A DNA stretch of 64,000 nt from an uncultured delta proteobacterium (GCA_963752595.1 CAVVYZ010000007.1:1-64000); one strand, 5' to 3'; shown: positions 42,302 to 53,290, counted from the first letter of the stretch. Notes: generated by a model not told the origin, from the letters alone. Translations and numbers: made by a program.

Positions 42302-45115
42302 ATGTCCTCTCAGCGGATGATTGAAGACACAGAATCACTGAAAAATAATATCGATGAGCTCCATCTTGTCCAGGAAGAGCTTCGGATAAAAGAGTTCGCT
42401 ATCTCGTCATCCATCAACGGAATAGCTATCGGGGACCTGTCCGGGACTATAACCTATGTCAACAAGGCAGCTGTTTTGATGTGGGGAGGGTCCGACCCGG
42501 CCGAAATCGTAGGAGAATCTATTACCCTATTCGCCGAATCCGAAGAAGAAGCGATCGGGATAATGGACACCGTGCTGCACAAGGGTGATTGGACAGGAGA
42601 AATAAACGGCAAGAGGAAGGATGGCAAGCCGATCACGGTTCTTCTGTCGGCAAGCCTGGTAAAAAATGAAATGGATGAGCCTTTCTGTATGATGTGCTCA
42701 TTCGCCGATATTACTGATCGAAAGAAGATGGAGGAGGAACTTAGAGTTAAAGACAGTGCAATTGCCTCTTCCATTAACGGCATCGTTATAGCTGACCTCG
42801 AAGGTACAATCACCTATGTGAATGAAGCGGCACTGAAAATGTGGGGAACTGACGACGCATCGGAAGTACTTGGAATGCCTGCTGTAATGTATGCAGAGTC
42901 AAAGGAGGAAGTGTACGGCATCATCAAAAATATCCTCAAGGAAGGGAAGTGGGAAGGCGAGATAGCCGGCAGGAAAAAAGACGGTTCGCTTTTTAGCGTG
43001 CTTTTATCAGCAAGCCTTGTCAAAAACGAGAAATCGGCACCCATGTGCATGATGTGCTCTTTTGTGGATATTACCGACCGCAAGAGAATAGACGAAGAAT
43101 TAAGGGTTAAAGAAAGCGCTATCGAGTGCTCCATCGACGGAATCGGCCTATCAGATCTTGAGGGTAAAATTATCTACATCAATGATGCGGCCTTACAAGT
43201 CTTAGGGGTTAAAGATAAATCTGAAGTAATAGGCACATCCGCCCTCACACTTGCCAAGTCAGAGGCAGAGGCATTGGACATTTACCAATCTGTCATGGAA
43301 ACGGGAAGCTGGTCCGGTGAGGTATCAGGATTCAAGAGGGACGGCACCCCGGTTACCGTTCATCTCTCCGCCAGTCTCGTGCGGGACGAAAAAGGCAAGC
43401 CCATCTGCATGATGGATTCTTTTGTCGAGATCACCGCACGAAAGAAAATGGAGAAGGAGCTTCGAGTAAAAGAGAGTGCTATTGCATCTTCCATTGACGG
43501 AATCGGCTTGTCCGACCTTGAAGGCAATATCATTTATATCAATAAGGCAGCCTTGCGAATGCTGGGTGTCGACGACGGGACAGAGATAATCGGGACATCA
43601 GCTCTTACAATGGCGGAATCTGAAGAAGAGGCCCTCGCCATATACCGGTCTGTGATGGAGACAGGAAGCTGGTCGGGGGAGGTCTCGGGCTTCAGAAAGG
43701 ATGGCTCTCCCGTAACCGTCCATCTATCCGCAAGCCTTGTGCGGGATGAGAACGGCAAGCCTATCTGCATAATGGACTCGTTTGTCGACATCACCGAGCG
43801 GAAAAAAATGGAGGAGGACCTCCGGGTAAAAGAGAGCGCAATCGCTTCTTCCATTAACGGTATCGGGATCTCCGATCTCGTAGGGAACATTACATATGTC
43901 AATGACGCCGCCCTGAAAATGTGGGGGGCTGACGATGCATCAGAAGTGATCGGCACCTCCGCGCTCAACCTTGCACAGTCTGAAAAAGAGGCAGCGGCAA
44001 TCTATCAATCCATTATGGAAACGGGAAGCTGGTCGGGGGAGGTCTCGGGCTTCAGAAAGGATGGCTCTCCCGTAACCGTCCATCTATCCGCAAGCCTCGT
44101 GCGGGACGAGAACGGCGAGCCCATCTGCATGATGGACTCGTTTGTCGACATCACCGAACGAAAACGCATGGAAGAGGAAATGCGCGTCAAAGACTTCGCG
44201 ATATCTTCGTCCATCAACGGAATCGCTATCGGCGACTTGGAAGGCAATATTACCTATGTAAATGATGCTTTTCTCCGTTTATGGGGAGGATCGGATATCT
44301 CGGAGGTTCTTGGCAAATCGGCCCTGACGTTTGCCCAATCACAGAATGAAGCCATAAAGATCCTTGATTCAGTGCTCAACACAGGGACATGGTTTGGTGA
44401 AATTATTGCGATTAAGAAAAACGGCTCTCCTATCGCAGTCCAGCTTTCTGCAAACATGGTCAAGAATGATAATAGCCGGCCAATATGCCTGCTCTGTTCC
44501 TTTGTCGACATTACGGAAAGAAAAATTGCGGAGCAGAAGCTGCAGAAAGCCTACGAGAGCCTGGAACAGCGCGTTGAGAATAGAACCGAAGAGCTCGTCC
44601 GCATGAATATCAGATTGAAGAAGGAAATAGAAGATAGAAAACTGGTAGAAAAAGCACTCCTTCAGAAAGAAGATGAGCTGAATCTGAAATCACTGAATCT
44701 CGAGGAGGCCAACACGGCGTTGAAAGTCCTGCTTAAAAGGGGAGAACAGGACAAAAACGAGCTGGAAGAAAAAGTTATTTCGAATATCAAAGAATTGGCG
44801 CTTCCCTACCTGGTAAAATTAAAATCCAGCAATCTAAATGACAAGCAAATGACATACCTGCAGCTCCTGGAATCGAATCTCAACGATATCATCTCGCCGT
44901 TCCTCCAGAAGTTGTCCTCTCAATACCTGAATCTGACACCGACGGAGATCCAGGTTGCCAACCTGGTGAGAGAGGGAAAATCGACAAAAGATATATCGGA
45001 TCTGCTGAATATCTCGAAAAGGGCAATCGAGTTCCATCGAAACAATATCAGAGACAAGCTGGGGTTGAAAAAGGCAAAAGCAAACTTGAGGTCGTATCTG
45101 CTGTCACTGAGCTGA
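42302..45115 (+). CDS. One-component regulator: six tandem PAS/PAC domains + coiled coil + LuxR HTH
   Basis: Six 120-aa repeats (SSINGI...ITYVN...KDG...SFVDITERK). C-terminal LTPTEIQVANLVREGKSTKDISDLLNISKRAIEFHRNNIRDKLG. Confidence 0.93.
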   Translation: MSSQRMIEDTESLKNNIDELHLVQEELRIKEFAISSSINGIAIGDLSGTITYVNKAAVLMWGGSDPAEIVGESITLFAESEEEAIGIMDTVLHKGDWTGEINGKRKDGKPITVLLSASLVKNEMDEPFCMMCSFADITDRKKMEEELRVKDSAIASSINGIVIADLEGTITYVNEAALKMWGTDDASEVLGMPAVMYAESKEEVYGIIKNILKEGKWEGEIAGRKKDGSLFSVLLSASLVKNEKSAPMCMMCSFVDITDRKRIDEELRVKESAIECSIDGIGLSDLEGKIIYINDAALQVLGVKDKSEVIGTSALTLAKSEAEALDIYQSVMETGSWSGEVSGFKRDGTPVTVHLSASLVRDEKGKPICMMDSFVEITARKKMEKELRVKESAIASSIDGIGLSDLEGNIIYINKAALRMLGVDDGTEIIGTSALTMAESEEEALAIYRSVMETGSWSGEVSGFRKDGSPVTVHLSASLVRDENGKPICIMDSFVDITERKKMEEDLRVKESAIASSINGIGISDLVGNITYVNDAALKMWGADDASEVIGTSALNLAQSEKEAAAIYQSIMETGSWSGEVSGFRKDGSPVTVHLSASLVRDENGEPICMMDSFVDITERKRMEEEMRVKDFAISSSINGIAIGDLEGNITYVNDAFLRLWGGSDISEVLGKSALTFAQSQNEAIKILDSVLNTGTWFGEIIAIKKNGSPIAVQLSANMVKNDNSRPICLLCSFVDITERKIAEQKLQKAYESLEQRVENRTEELVRMNIRLKKEIEDRKLVEKALLQKEDELNLKSLNLEEANTALKVLLKRGEQDKNELEEKVISNIKELALPYLVKLKSSNLNDKQMTYLQLLESNLNDIISPFLQKLSSQYLNLTPTEIQVANLVREGKSTKDISDLLNISKRAIEFHRNNIRDKLGLKKAKANLRSYLLSLS

Positions 45116-45149
45116 TCTCTTTTGCACGGGGGAATGGTCGTCTCTCAGG

Positions 45150-46661
45150 TTAAAAGCTGCATCGCAGCTGTGCGTAGAACTCATCGTTATCTTCATACTG
45201 TCCAAGGAGAGAATCGTCTTTTTTACCACCCAGGATGACCACTCCGATTACCCCCTGCACGGTGTTCGTGAAGCTATACTTCAGCGAAGGCTTAATGAGA
45301 TATTCCTGGAATTCGATGCCGTATGCGCCCCGCAAGTTAAGCTCCATGGTGTTCTGGAGGAAAAACTGTTTAAAGAGAATGGTAAGAAAGGTGTTCAACC
45401 CTCTTTTATCGATGAAATATACGGGCTCGTCCTTGTCGAAGTTCGGTACGAACTCCTGGATGAATTGACCGCTGATGCTTGTATCCCCGTAAATATAATC
45501 AATCCCCAGGCCATATCGCATTGAGTCCATCTTGGAGTTCACCTCGGGATCTATATGGAATGTCTGCCTTGATTCAACCCCCAACGAGCTTAAATAATTA
45601 ATGAGAAACTCCTCTATTATTTCCTCTTGCCTCGAAGGTGTGATCTCCTGGCTCAAGACTGTCTGAAGCTTACGGTTGTAATGCTTGCCTTTAAAGTATG
45701 CATATTCTCCCCGGACGGTAACAGAGCTTACGGTAGTCGTAAAATCAAAGCCAAAAACGTGCATCCTGTGAAGCGCCGGCTCATAGGTCAACTCCAGGCC
45801 GAGAGTATAATCCAATGCCAGAGGATTCACGAGATCGATCGTCAGGTCCGAAGACACCTCACTCAAAGGCATAGGATCATAACCGGTAAAATAGCTCAGC
45901 GATACATCCCAGCCGTTGATATACTTTGACACTCTTATCCCTGCCTCCGAATTTTCAATGGAGAAGTCCGGAAGATCAATGTCGCGGTACTGCGCAGTTA
46001 CGGGGATGTCCCCCACAGCAGACCCTGTATTAATAGCGGCAGGGGGTTTTAAAATACCGGGAAACCAGCGCTCCTTGGGTATCGGCAGCCTGTAGGGAAC
46101 AAACCAGGGTATCCATGCCAGCTCGAGATTTGCAGCATCCGAATACATGTTCACCTTGACGGATGGGACGCCTATCTTTCTCTCAACCTCGTCATTGACA
46201 GCACCTTGGGTAAGGTCTTCGGAGTTGAGATTATCCGTCGGATTAATTTCATCGAGCCTGCCCCACGCAAACTTCTGGATGCCGATGCGTACGTCGGCAT
46301 TGCTTGAATAAAAGTCGACATAGGCTTCATCGATGTTTATGTAAGGGTTTCTGTCCTGATAAACCTTATTGAATTCATGGAAGAGCTCTCCGTTTTGAGG
46401 ATCCAGCACGGTCCCGTCATCGACTGCCTGGAGAAAAATTTTCACGGCTGCCCTCGAGGAAAACGATGTTTTGTATTCCAGCCCCAGTTCTGTCGTGGGG
46501 TATTCTTTCGGCGTGTCCCTATCAAAGGCATAAATGGACCTGGCTTCAAGGTATCCGCTGAGGGAGATCTTTACCTCCCCCTTTTCATATTCGTAAGCGC
46601 AGACAGCCGTACAGCATGTCCAGCAAAGCACGGCTGCCAGAAAAACCCCGAGATGCCGCAA
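45150..46661 (-). CDS. Outer-membrane beta-barrel, DUF1302-like
   Basis: Signal peptide, EAYVD...RIGIQKFAWGRLDEINPTDNLN, LGQYEDNDEFYAQLRCSF terminal strand. Confidence 0.75.
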   Translation of the reverse strand: MRHLGVFLAAVLCWTCCTAVCAYEYEKGEVKISLSGYLEARSIYAFDRDTPKEYPTTELGLEYKTSFSSRAAVKIFLQAVDDGTVLDPQNGELFHEFNKVYQDRNPYINIDEAYVDFYSSNADVRIGIQKFAWGRLDEINPTDNLNSEDLTQGAVNDEVERKIGVPSVKVNMYSDAANLELAWIPWFVPYRLPIPKERWFPGILKPPAAINTGSAVGDIPVTAQYRDIDLPDFSIENSEAGIRVSKYINGWDVSLSYFTGYDPMPLSEVSSDLTIDLVNPLALDYTLGLELTYEPALHRMHVFGFDFTTTVSSVTVRGEYAYFKGKHYNRKLQTVLSQEITPSRQEEIIEEFLINYLSSLGVESRQTFHIDPEVNSKMDSMRYGLGIDYIYGDTSISGQFIQEFVPNFDKDEPVYFIDKRGLNTFLTILFKQFFLQNTMELNLRGAYGIEFQEYLIKPSLKYSFTNTVQGVIGVVILGGKKDDSLLGQYEDNDEFYAQLRCSF

Positions 46662-46664
46662 CGA

Positions 46665-47462
46665 TCAATTACCTCTTTTCATGTATCTCTCGGTGAAAAT
46701 ATCATCTTTTAGCCCCTTATCGTATGCGATATTGCTCAGGTCGACAAGTGTCGTCCGGCCGTTTTTGACATTGTGCATCTCGATATGGGTCGCGGTGTTG
46801 ATACCCTGGATATTCTTTACCTCGGTGAACTTCCCCTGCTTTTCATACTCGCCCTTGGTATCGAAGAAATCAGCTTTTGATGGGATAAAGTTGCTTTTTC
46901 TGATCCAGAATACCACTTTGCTGTAAAACTCTACCTTCTTGGGAACAGCCTGGATAACATAATTCATCTCGCCATCCACAAGCTCCTCTTTTATCAAGGT
47001 ATATGTATACTCATCAACATCATGGCTGCCCATATCAAAAAAAGTGAGCTCGGTTCCCATGAAGCTCTCACCCTTTCCACTTGCACTGATCTGTCTCACC
47101 CTCTGGAGGGCAGGCAGATACAGCCACTGCTTGTCTTCTTTGTTCTCGTCGGTCCAGACCAGAAAGCTCGTACCTTTGACATCAGCAGGTGAGTTGAAAA
47201 ACAGGATGGATTTCGAGCTGTCCTTCCCATATTTTTTTACGTATGCGCTCATGGTCCTCTCTCGTTTCTGCCCTTTGTCGTTCACAAGGGTCATGAGCAT
47301 ACCGGATTGGCTATCCTTGGCCTGGTCGAGCAAATTCTCGGACTTTTTGACAATATCGTACGCACTCATTGAAGCACCATACATAGGGGATGCCGCAATA
47401 AAAACCAGACCAGCAACGACCAGCAACCACACCGGTGAAACAAAATTTCTTTGACATTTCAT
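46665..47462 (-). CDS. LolA-like outer-membrane lipoprotein-sorting protein
   Basis: SPADVKGTSFL, QWLYLPALQRVRQI, SFMGTELTFFD, IFTERYM. Confidence 0.9.
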   Translation of the reverse strand: MKCQRNFVSPVWLLVVAGLVFIAASPMYGASMSAYDIVKKSENLLDQAKDSQSGMLMTLVNDKGQKRERTMSAYVKKYGKDSSKSILFFNSPADVKGTSFLVWTDENKEDKQWLYLPALQRVRQISASGKGESFMGTELTFFDMGSHDVDEYTYTLIKEELVDGEMNYVIQAVPKKVEFYSKVVFWIRKSNFIPSKADFFDTKGEYEKQGKFTEVKNIQGINTATHIEMHNVKNGRTTLVDLSNIAYDKGLKDDIFTERYMKRGN

Positions 47463-47592
47463 GTTTGAATCCCCCTGCAGAAATTTTTCTTGCGCTTTCC
47501 CTTCCCCATTACTGATAGTCCCATCATGCCGGACCTCGATTTATTCTGTTATAATCGCTCGTCCAGGACCATGTGTGCCGACTAAACCACAG

Positions 47593-50025
47593 TCATTCAG
47601 TCAGAAACCCTATATAGTCCTCAAGATAAAGAGAGGAAGCAGCCATATATATTGAGAGATAACCATCCCCGCTTGCCACTCTCATCGGGGTATTTACATT
47701 GTAAAAAATAATCGTCGGTTCCCATGCGGTGAGATCGATTGAGATGATAGGATCTTCCGGAGAGCCGCCAAGCATAATGGGCAATCTTTTCACGATTGTA
47801 TCTACAAGAGACGAATGATCGAAGATACCGAGATTGCCCCGGTTATCCTTCATTACATGGAAATGGTTCCGCCCTTCGGCAGGGGTAACAAACAGGTTCA
47901 ATCTCTTACCTCCGACTGCGGGAATCACGATCAGATCAAGATCAATAGATGCCTCCCACTGCGGTACACCGGAAACTCTGTACTGGAGAATAACATCAGG
48001 AGCCAGGATGTGCACTACAGAAGATCTCAAATCCAGAACAGGCGGAACGCTCAGGCGTATGATGGTCTCTTCAGATGGGGACCTTACAGTACTGAAACCG
48101 GGAAAATCATTGCCTAAGATCGGGATGATCAGATCTTTGGCATCCCATTCAGTCATACCATCCAAAAAATTCGCAAAAATCCTGTTTAAGGCATGTTGTG
48201 AAATGGCGCACCTGATGGTGAATGAATCCGGCAAATCGAGTGTCCATCCAGGGGATTGAAACACAGGAACCTTATCTGGAAACGCAGGGTATCTTTCCTG
48301 AGGCGACATGGCTTTCGAAAGGTCTATTCCCAGCGTTATCTCTGAAAGTATCTCTTCTACCTGGAATGGTTTATCATCCATATCGAGCATATCCTGCTTG
48401 ATCAATCCCCCAATAGCGGTTTGCCCTACAAATATTTTAGAAAAATTCACATCAGATACGCTCTCGGTATCTATGAAAATTTGTCTTCCTGTATCAGGAT
48501 ACTCGATATTGAAGACTGCATCGATGGTGAGGTCATTATCAGTTGTATGAATAAGGGGGATACCGAGCAAAGACACGGCGTTCAGGTCGACTTGCTTTAC
48601 CGTGAAATTCACCTGTGCTGTTCTAATATTCGGAGCACTGGAATTGCGAAGCGTAAATTCGTTAATCACAAGATCATCAGTCCCTGAATCATTATCCCCG
48701 TAAGAGAGTTCTGTAACCATGCCTTGGTATTTTTGGCGCATGGTTTCGAATGTAGCCTCAATGCTCGCCCTGAACATGGCATTGACAATTTCTTCTGCAC
48801 TGGTTTGTTCCTGTGGTATCGTTTCAGAGACGGTTTCCCATTGGATGTCATCATAGCCATCCAAAGAGAAACCAAATCCAAGGGCCAGCTGACCGGGAGC
48901 GACATTATCGGTCAAACCATAAAGATCCACAAAAAGATACTTCCGGAGATCCAGTTCGTTTACCAGGCCTTCCAGATGAACGTCGGAACCATTGATTGTG
49001 AAATGGCCCGAGAAGTAGTTGTTCAAATAATCTACGCCTTGAGCCAAATCCAATGCGATGGGAGGCAAGTCGCATTGCTCCATATCAGAAGCTATCAAAT
49101 CTTCAACTATGCTCTTGAGAAAGAACGGCTGGGCAAATGCAACTCGAGGCGACCCCAGAAAGTCCAATACCAGCCGGGTACCTTCCAAGGCACTTTTGTC
49201 TTTAAACGATAGATACAAGTCAACGGCAAGATCATTTCCCTGGGTCTCGATAAGGGTCTGGTTGAATAGAGGCAGAGCTTTCAGAGACACATTTTTTATT
49301 ACCAAGCTTACATGGAGGTTTGCCTCAGGATACGATCCGGAATCCACGGCCTCAAAGGATGTTATGACAACATCTCTCGTGGATGCATTATTATCACCAT
49401 ACTGCAGTTGGGCGACAAGTGATCCGCTTTTCTGGAGGGTATAATTGAATACCTCTCGTATCCTTGCATCCAGGATTCCTGCTAAGGTTTCCTTCTGTCC
49501 ATCAAGTATTTCCTGGGCTACCATGACACTCATACTATTCTTGATATATTCTGTACCGTCATTCGGCCCGGATGTCTTGACAACGATCTTCTCTTTACTT
49601 GCCTTGCCACTGCTGTGAATCACCTGGATGAGCACGATCTGGTAGAAATTCTCCTCACTGACGTGGAATTCACATTCATACACGTCACCCTGAGGCGTGG
49701 CTCGTACCTGGTACATCCCTCCATCGGTCGCATATATACTATCAATTGTTGACGGGCCACTATTGACCTTTATGGCGAACTTTTGTTTTCCCGGCTTGAT
49801 ATAATCGCCATCATGGATTGCGGTCATCCTTCCATTTGCATCAATAAGAAAAAGTTCAATCCTGCCTGACTCGCTGAACGAGACAGCGTTAACCGAAGAT
49901 CCGGCATGATAGATTGATTCACCTGAGATATCTGACTCATCAGAGTTGCTCTTCCCAGAACAGGATGCAAACAACGCAAATAACACCAATGAAACCCAGT
50001 ATGCCCATTTAGCGAGATCGCTCAT
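47593..50025 (-). CDS. Large hypothetical lipoprotein with an internal domain duplication
   Basis: LFASC lipobox, 810 aa, two YGDN...D.VI..F segments. Confidence 0.75.
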   Translation of the reverse strand: MSDLAKWAYWVSLVLFALFASCSGKSNSDESDISGESIYHAGSSVNAVSFSESGRIELFLIDANGRMTAIHDGDYIKPGKQKFAIKVNSGPSTIDSIYATDGGMYQVRATPQGDVYECEFHVSEENFYQIVLIQVIHSSGKASKEKIVVKTSGPNDGTEYIKNSMSVMVAQEILDGQKETLAGILDARIREVFNYTLQKSGSLVAQLQYGDNNASTRDVVITSFEAVDSGSYPEANLHVSLVIKNVSLKALPLFNQTLIETQGNDLAVDLYLSFKDKSALEGTRLVLDFLGSPRVAFAQPFFLKSIVEDLIASDMEQCDLPPIALDLAQGVDYLNNYFSGHFTINGSDVHLEGLVNELDLRKYLFVDLYGLTDNVAPGQLALGFGFSLDGYDDIQWETVSETIPQEQTSAEEIVNAMFRASIEATFETMRQKYQGMVTELSYGDNDSGTDDLVINEFTLRNSSAPNIRTAQVNFTVKQVDLNAVSLLGIPLIHTTDNDLTIDAVFNIEYPDTGRQIFIDTESVSDVNFSKIFVGQTAIGGLIKQDMLDMDDKPFQVEEILSEITLGIDLSKAMSPQERYPAFPDKVPVFQSPGWTLDLPDSFTIRCAISQHALNRIFANFLDGMTEWDAKDLIIPILGNDFPGFSTVRSPSEETIIRLSVPPVLDLRSSVVHILAPDVILQYRVSGVPQWEASIDLDLIVIPAVGGKRLNLFVTPAEGRNHFHVMKDNRGNLGIFDHSSLVDTIVKRLPIMLGGSPEDPIISIDLTAWEPTIIFYNVNTPMRVASGDGYLSIYMAASSLYLEDYIGFLTE

Positions 50026-50127
50026 TTGTACTCCCCTACATCACTTCCCAACGAGAATACACATGTTATCCTCATGTCTAAATATACAAGGAAAAGACCA
50101 TTTGGTGAAACAAAATTTCTTTGACAT

Positions 50128-51405
50128 AGAAGTGGCTCCGGAAATTCGGACAGGTCTATAAGTGAAAACCTTGCTCAAAAGAGACCGATGAAGTACGGTC
50201 AAAGAAAGGAGCAAGAGGATGAAAAGGACAAGACGGAATCACTCGGCAAATTTTAAGGCGAAAGTGGCATTACAGCAATCAAAGGAGATAAAACGCTCGC
50301 AGAGATAGCTGAGCAGTTCAATGTACACCCCAACCAGATATCGGACTGGAAGCAGCAGATGCTGGATGGTGCCGCCATGGTCTTTGACGGTTCCAGGAAA
50401 GGCAAGGAGCCGGACTTGAAGGAGCTGCATGCGAAGATCGGCGAGCTGACCTTGGAGAACGATTTTTTAGAAGGGGCGCTCATCAAAGTGGGGCGGCTGA
50501 GCGCAAGGAAATGATAAACCCCAGCCATAAACTGCCGGTAACGAGGCAGTGCCGTACCTTGAAGCTGTCGCGATCGAGCGTATATTACCATGCCACGACC
50601 GGTATTGCCAGCCGATCTTGAACTGATGCGTCGGATAGATAAGCTGCACCTTGATTATCCCTTTGCCGGAGCCCGGATGCTTGAGGGATATGCTGAGACG
50701 CGAAGGACATCCGGTCGGTCGCCGGCATGTGAGCACCCTGATGAGACGCATGCGGATTGGGGCCATCTACCGCAAGCCCAATACCAGCAGACGAACCGGG
50801 TCATCAGGTCTACCCCTATCTGCTTAGAAACCTGAAGATCGAGAGACCTAACCATGTCTGGGCAGCAGACATCACCTATATTCCGATGAAGCGGGGTTTT
50901 GTCTATCTCTTCGTGGTGATGGACTGGGCAACACGCCGGGTACTCTCGTGGCGGCTGTCAAACACCCTGAGCACAGATTTTTGTATCGAGGCGGTTCAAG
51001 AAGCCCTAGTCTATATGGCACACCGGAAATCTTCAATACCGACCAGGGCAGCCAGTTCACCGGCATGGAGTTCACTGAGCTTTTGAAGGAAAAAGGGATT
51101 GCCATCAGCATGGACGGGAGAGGATGCTGGCGTGACAATGTGTTTGTAGAAAGGCTCTGGAAAAGCATCAAATATGAGGAGGTCTATCTGCATGCCTATG
51201 ATAGTGTCAGTGAAGCCAGAAGAGGCTTGGAACGCTATCTGACATTTTACAATCACAGCGGCCACACTCAACGCTTGACAGATCAACACCGGATGAGGTC
51301 TATTTCGGATGTCGGGAGGAGATGCCCGATGCGGCTTAATGGGAATGGCGGCAAGGCTTCACTTATAAAACGCCATCCCCTGTCCAAACATCCGGGGCCA
51401 GCGCT
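50128..51405 (+). mobile_element. IS3 family insertion sequence
   Basis: Imperfect IRs AGAAGTGGCTCCGGAAATTCGGACAGG / CCTGTCCAAACATCCGGGGCCAGCGCT. OrfA from ~50219 (RRNHSANFKAKVA), TTTTTTAG slip site at ~50463, integrase core WAADITY, NTDQGSQF, DNVFVERLW. Confidence 0.92.
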
Positions 51406-51434
51406 GAGATCAAGATTGGATGCATCGTCCATCC

Positions 51435-53290
51435 GTCTCAGTCCCATATTCGTCTGGGAGATCATTCCAACGATAATGTTCAGGATCAGACCCACCGCGC
51501 GCATCTACGTGCGTTTCAGTCCCATATTCGTCTGGGAGATCATTCCAACATTAATAAGCTCAAGGGGCATCTCAGGGATTCATCCAGTCTCAGTCCCATA
51601 TTCGTCTGGGAGATCATTCCAACTTTCATTAGCCATAATTAGTCCTGCCCAGGCTTATAAAGTTTCAGTCCCATATTCGTCTGGGAGATCATTCCAACGT
51701 CTATGACGATCTTATCATGCGGTATCCTGCCGTTTCGTCTCAGTCCCATATTCGTCTGGGAGATCATTCCAACGAAGTATCAAATGTTTGGGTGGCCTTT
51801 ATGGTGTGCAATTATGTCTCAGTCCCATATTCGTCTGGGAGATCATTCCAACAATACTGAAGTGAAAAGATTTTAATGAGCAATGGGTAGTCTCAGTCCC
51901 ATATTCGTCTGGGAGATCATTCCAACGATGATAGCTGAGATGATGTAATCCAGCCATTCAATTGTCTCAGTCCCATATTCGTCTGGGAGATCATTCCAAC
52001 ATAGTATGGGTTGCTTCATGAAGCGTACAGACAACGTCTCAGTCCCATATTCGTCTGGGAGATCATTCCAACGGACGAAATAGGTAATGCAATCCCACAG
52101 TATCTCCATGCGTCTCAGTCCCATATTCGTCTGGGAGATCATTCCAACGAGATCCTGATGGACGAGGGGATTGATCGGATAAAAGTCTCAGTCCCATATT
52201 CGTCTGGGAGATCATTCCAACGCGCCTGCTTGGTTACGGATGGAGCAAGGCAGACATTGTCTCAGTCCCATATTCGTCTGGGAGATCATTCCAACGAGGA
52301 AACCGGCGACACAGGGTATAGGGCAAAAGAAAGTCTCAGTCCCATATTCGTCTGGGAGATCATTCCAACCATCAATGATGTGGTTGGGATCCCGTCAATG
52401 GCTATCGTCTCAGTCCCATATTCGTCTGGGAGATCATTCCAACTTCTTATGATTCGGTGAGGGTCAATATGCAAGGAAGCAGTCTCAGTCCCATATTCGT
52501 CTGGGAGATCATTCCAACTGTCAGAGATGGGTAGAACATGACCAAATCTACATTTCAGCATCAGTCTCAGTCCCATATTCGTCTGGGAGATCATTCCAAC
52601 AAAGCTGATCGGTACATTGAAATCCCTTGGACCCAAGTCTCAGTCCCATATTCGTCTGGGAGATCATTCCAACCATAAATCCATGAGATTTACACGTGAG
52701 GCCGATGATGGCGTCTCAGTCCCATATTCGTCTGGGAGATCATTCCAACATCACCAGGATATCAGCTAATATCACTTGGCCTCCCGTGTCTCAGTCCCAT
52801 ATTCGTCTGGGAGATCATTCCAACCTCATGCGGATGTTGAAGAATTACCAACAGTGTCTCTGAGGTCTCAGTCCCATATTCGTCTGGGAGATCATTCCAA
52901 CGAGCAGCTCACACTGACGTGATCAGACCGGTGGTATTAACGTCTCAGTCCCATATTCGTCTGGGAGATCATTCCAACTGACATGTATTGTCGGATATGT
53001 TCAGGACGGAGAGTCGTCGTCTCAGTCCCATATTCGTCTGGGAGATCATTCCAACTCATGATTAAAGGCAAGGTCGACACTTAATGTGGTGAAGTCATGA
53101 GTCTCAGTCCCATATTCGTCTGGGAGATCATTCCAACGCAGAACTGGTTGCAGCAGAACGCGGATAAGTTCTTAAGGTCTCAGTCCCATATTCGTCTGGG
53201 AGATCATTCCAACGCTGAGGAAGAAGTAATGGCGTATTGAAATATTTAATAGTGTCTCAGTCCCATATTCGTCTGGGAGATCATTCCAAC
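51435..53290 (-). CRISPR. CRISPR array, 25 repeats of 37 bp and 24 complete spacers (~35-45 nt)
   Basis: Repeat on minus strand GTTGGAATGATCTCCCAGACGAATATGGGACTGAGAC, with a TCCCA/TGGGA hairpin and ACTGAGAC 3' end. Two repeats (51513, 51662) end ACTGAAAC. Confidence 0.99.

Noticed and set aside
115-50161. Numerous antisense or nested ORFs in the track (e.g. 3151..4050, 13585..14565, 36531..37106)
   Set aside because: They are shadows of well-supported genes in other frames and show no recognisable motifs.
50948-52636. ORFs overlapping the array (e.g. 52011..52460, 51873..52142, 3' part of 50948..51706)
   Set aside because: They are translations of CRISPR repeats and spacers.
51472-53253. 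Self-targeting spacers within the window
   Set aside because: No full-length match seen by eye, only short coincidences (e.g. GAGATCCTGAT near 41430). An alignment is needed to exclude it fully.
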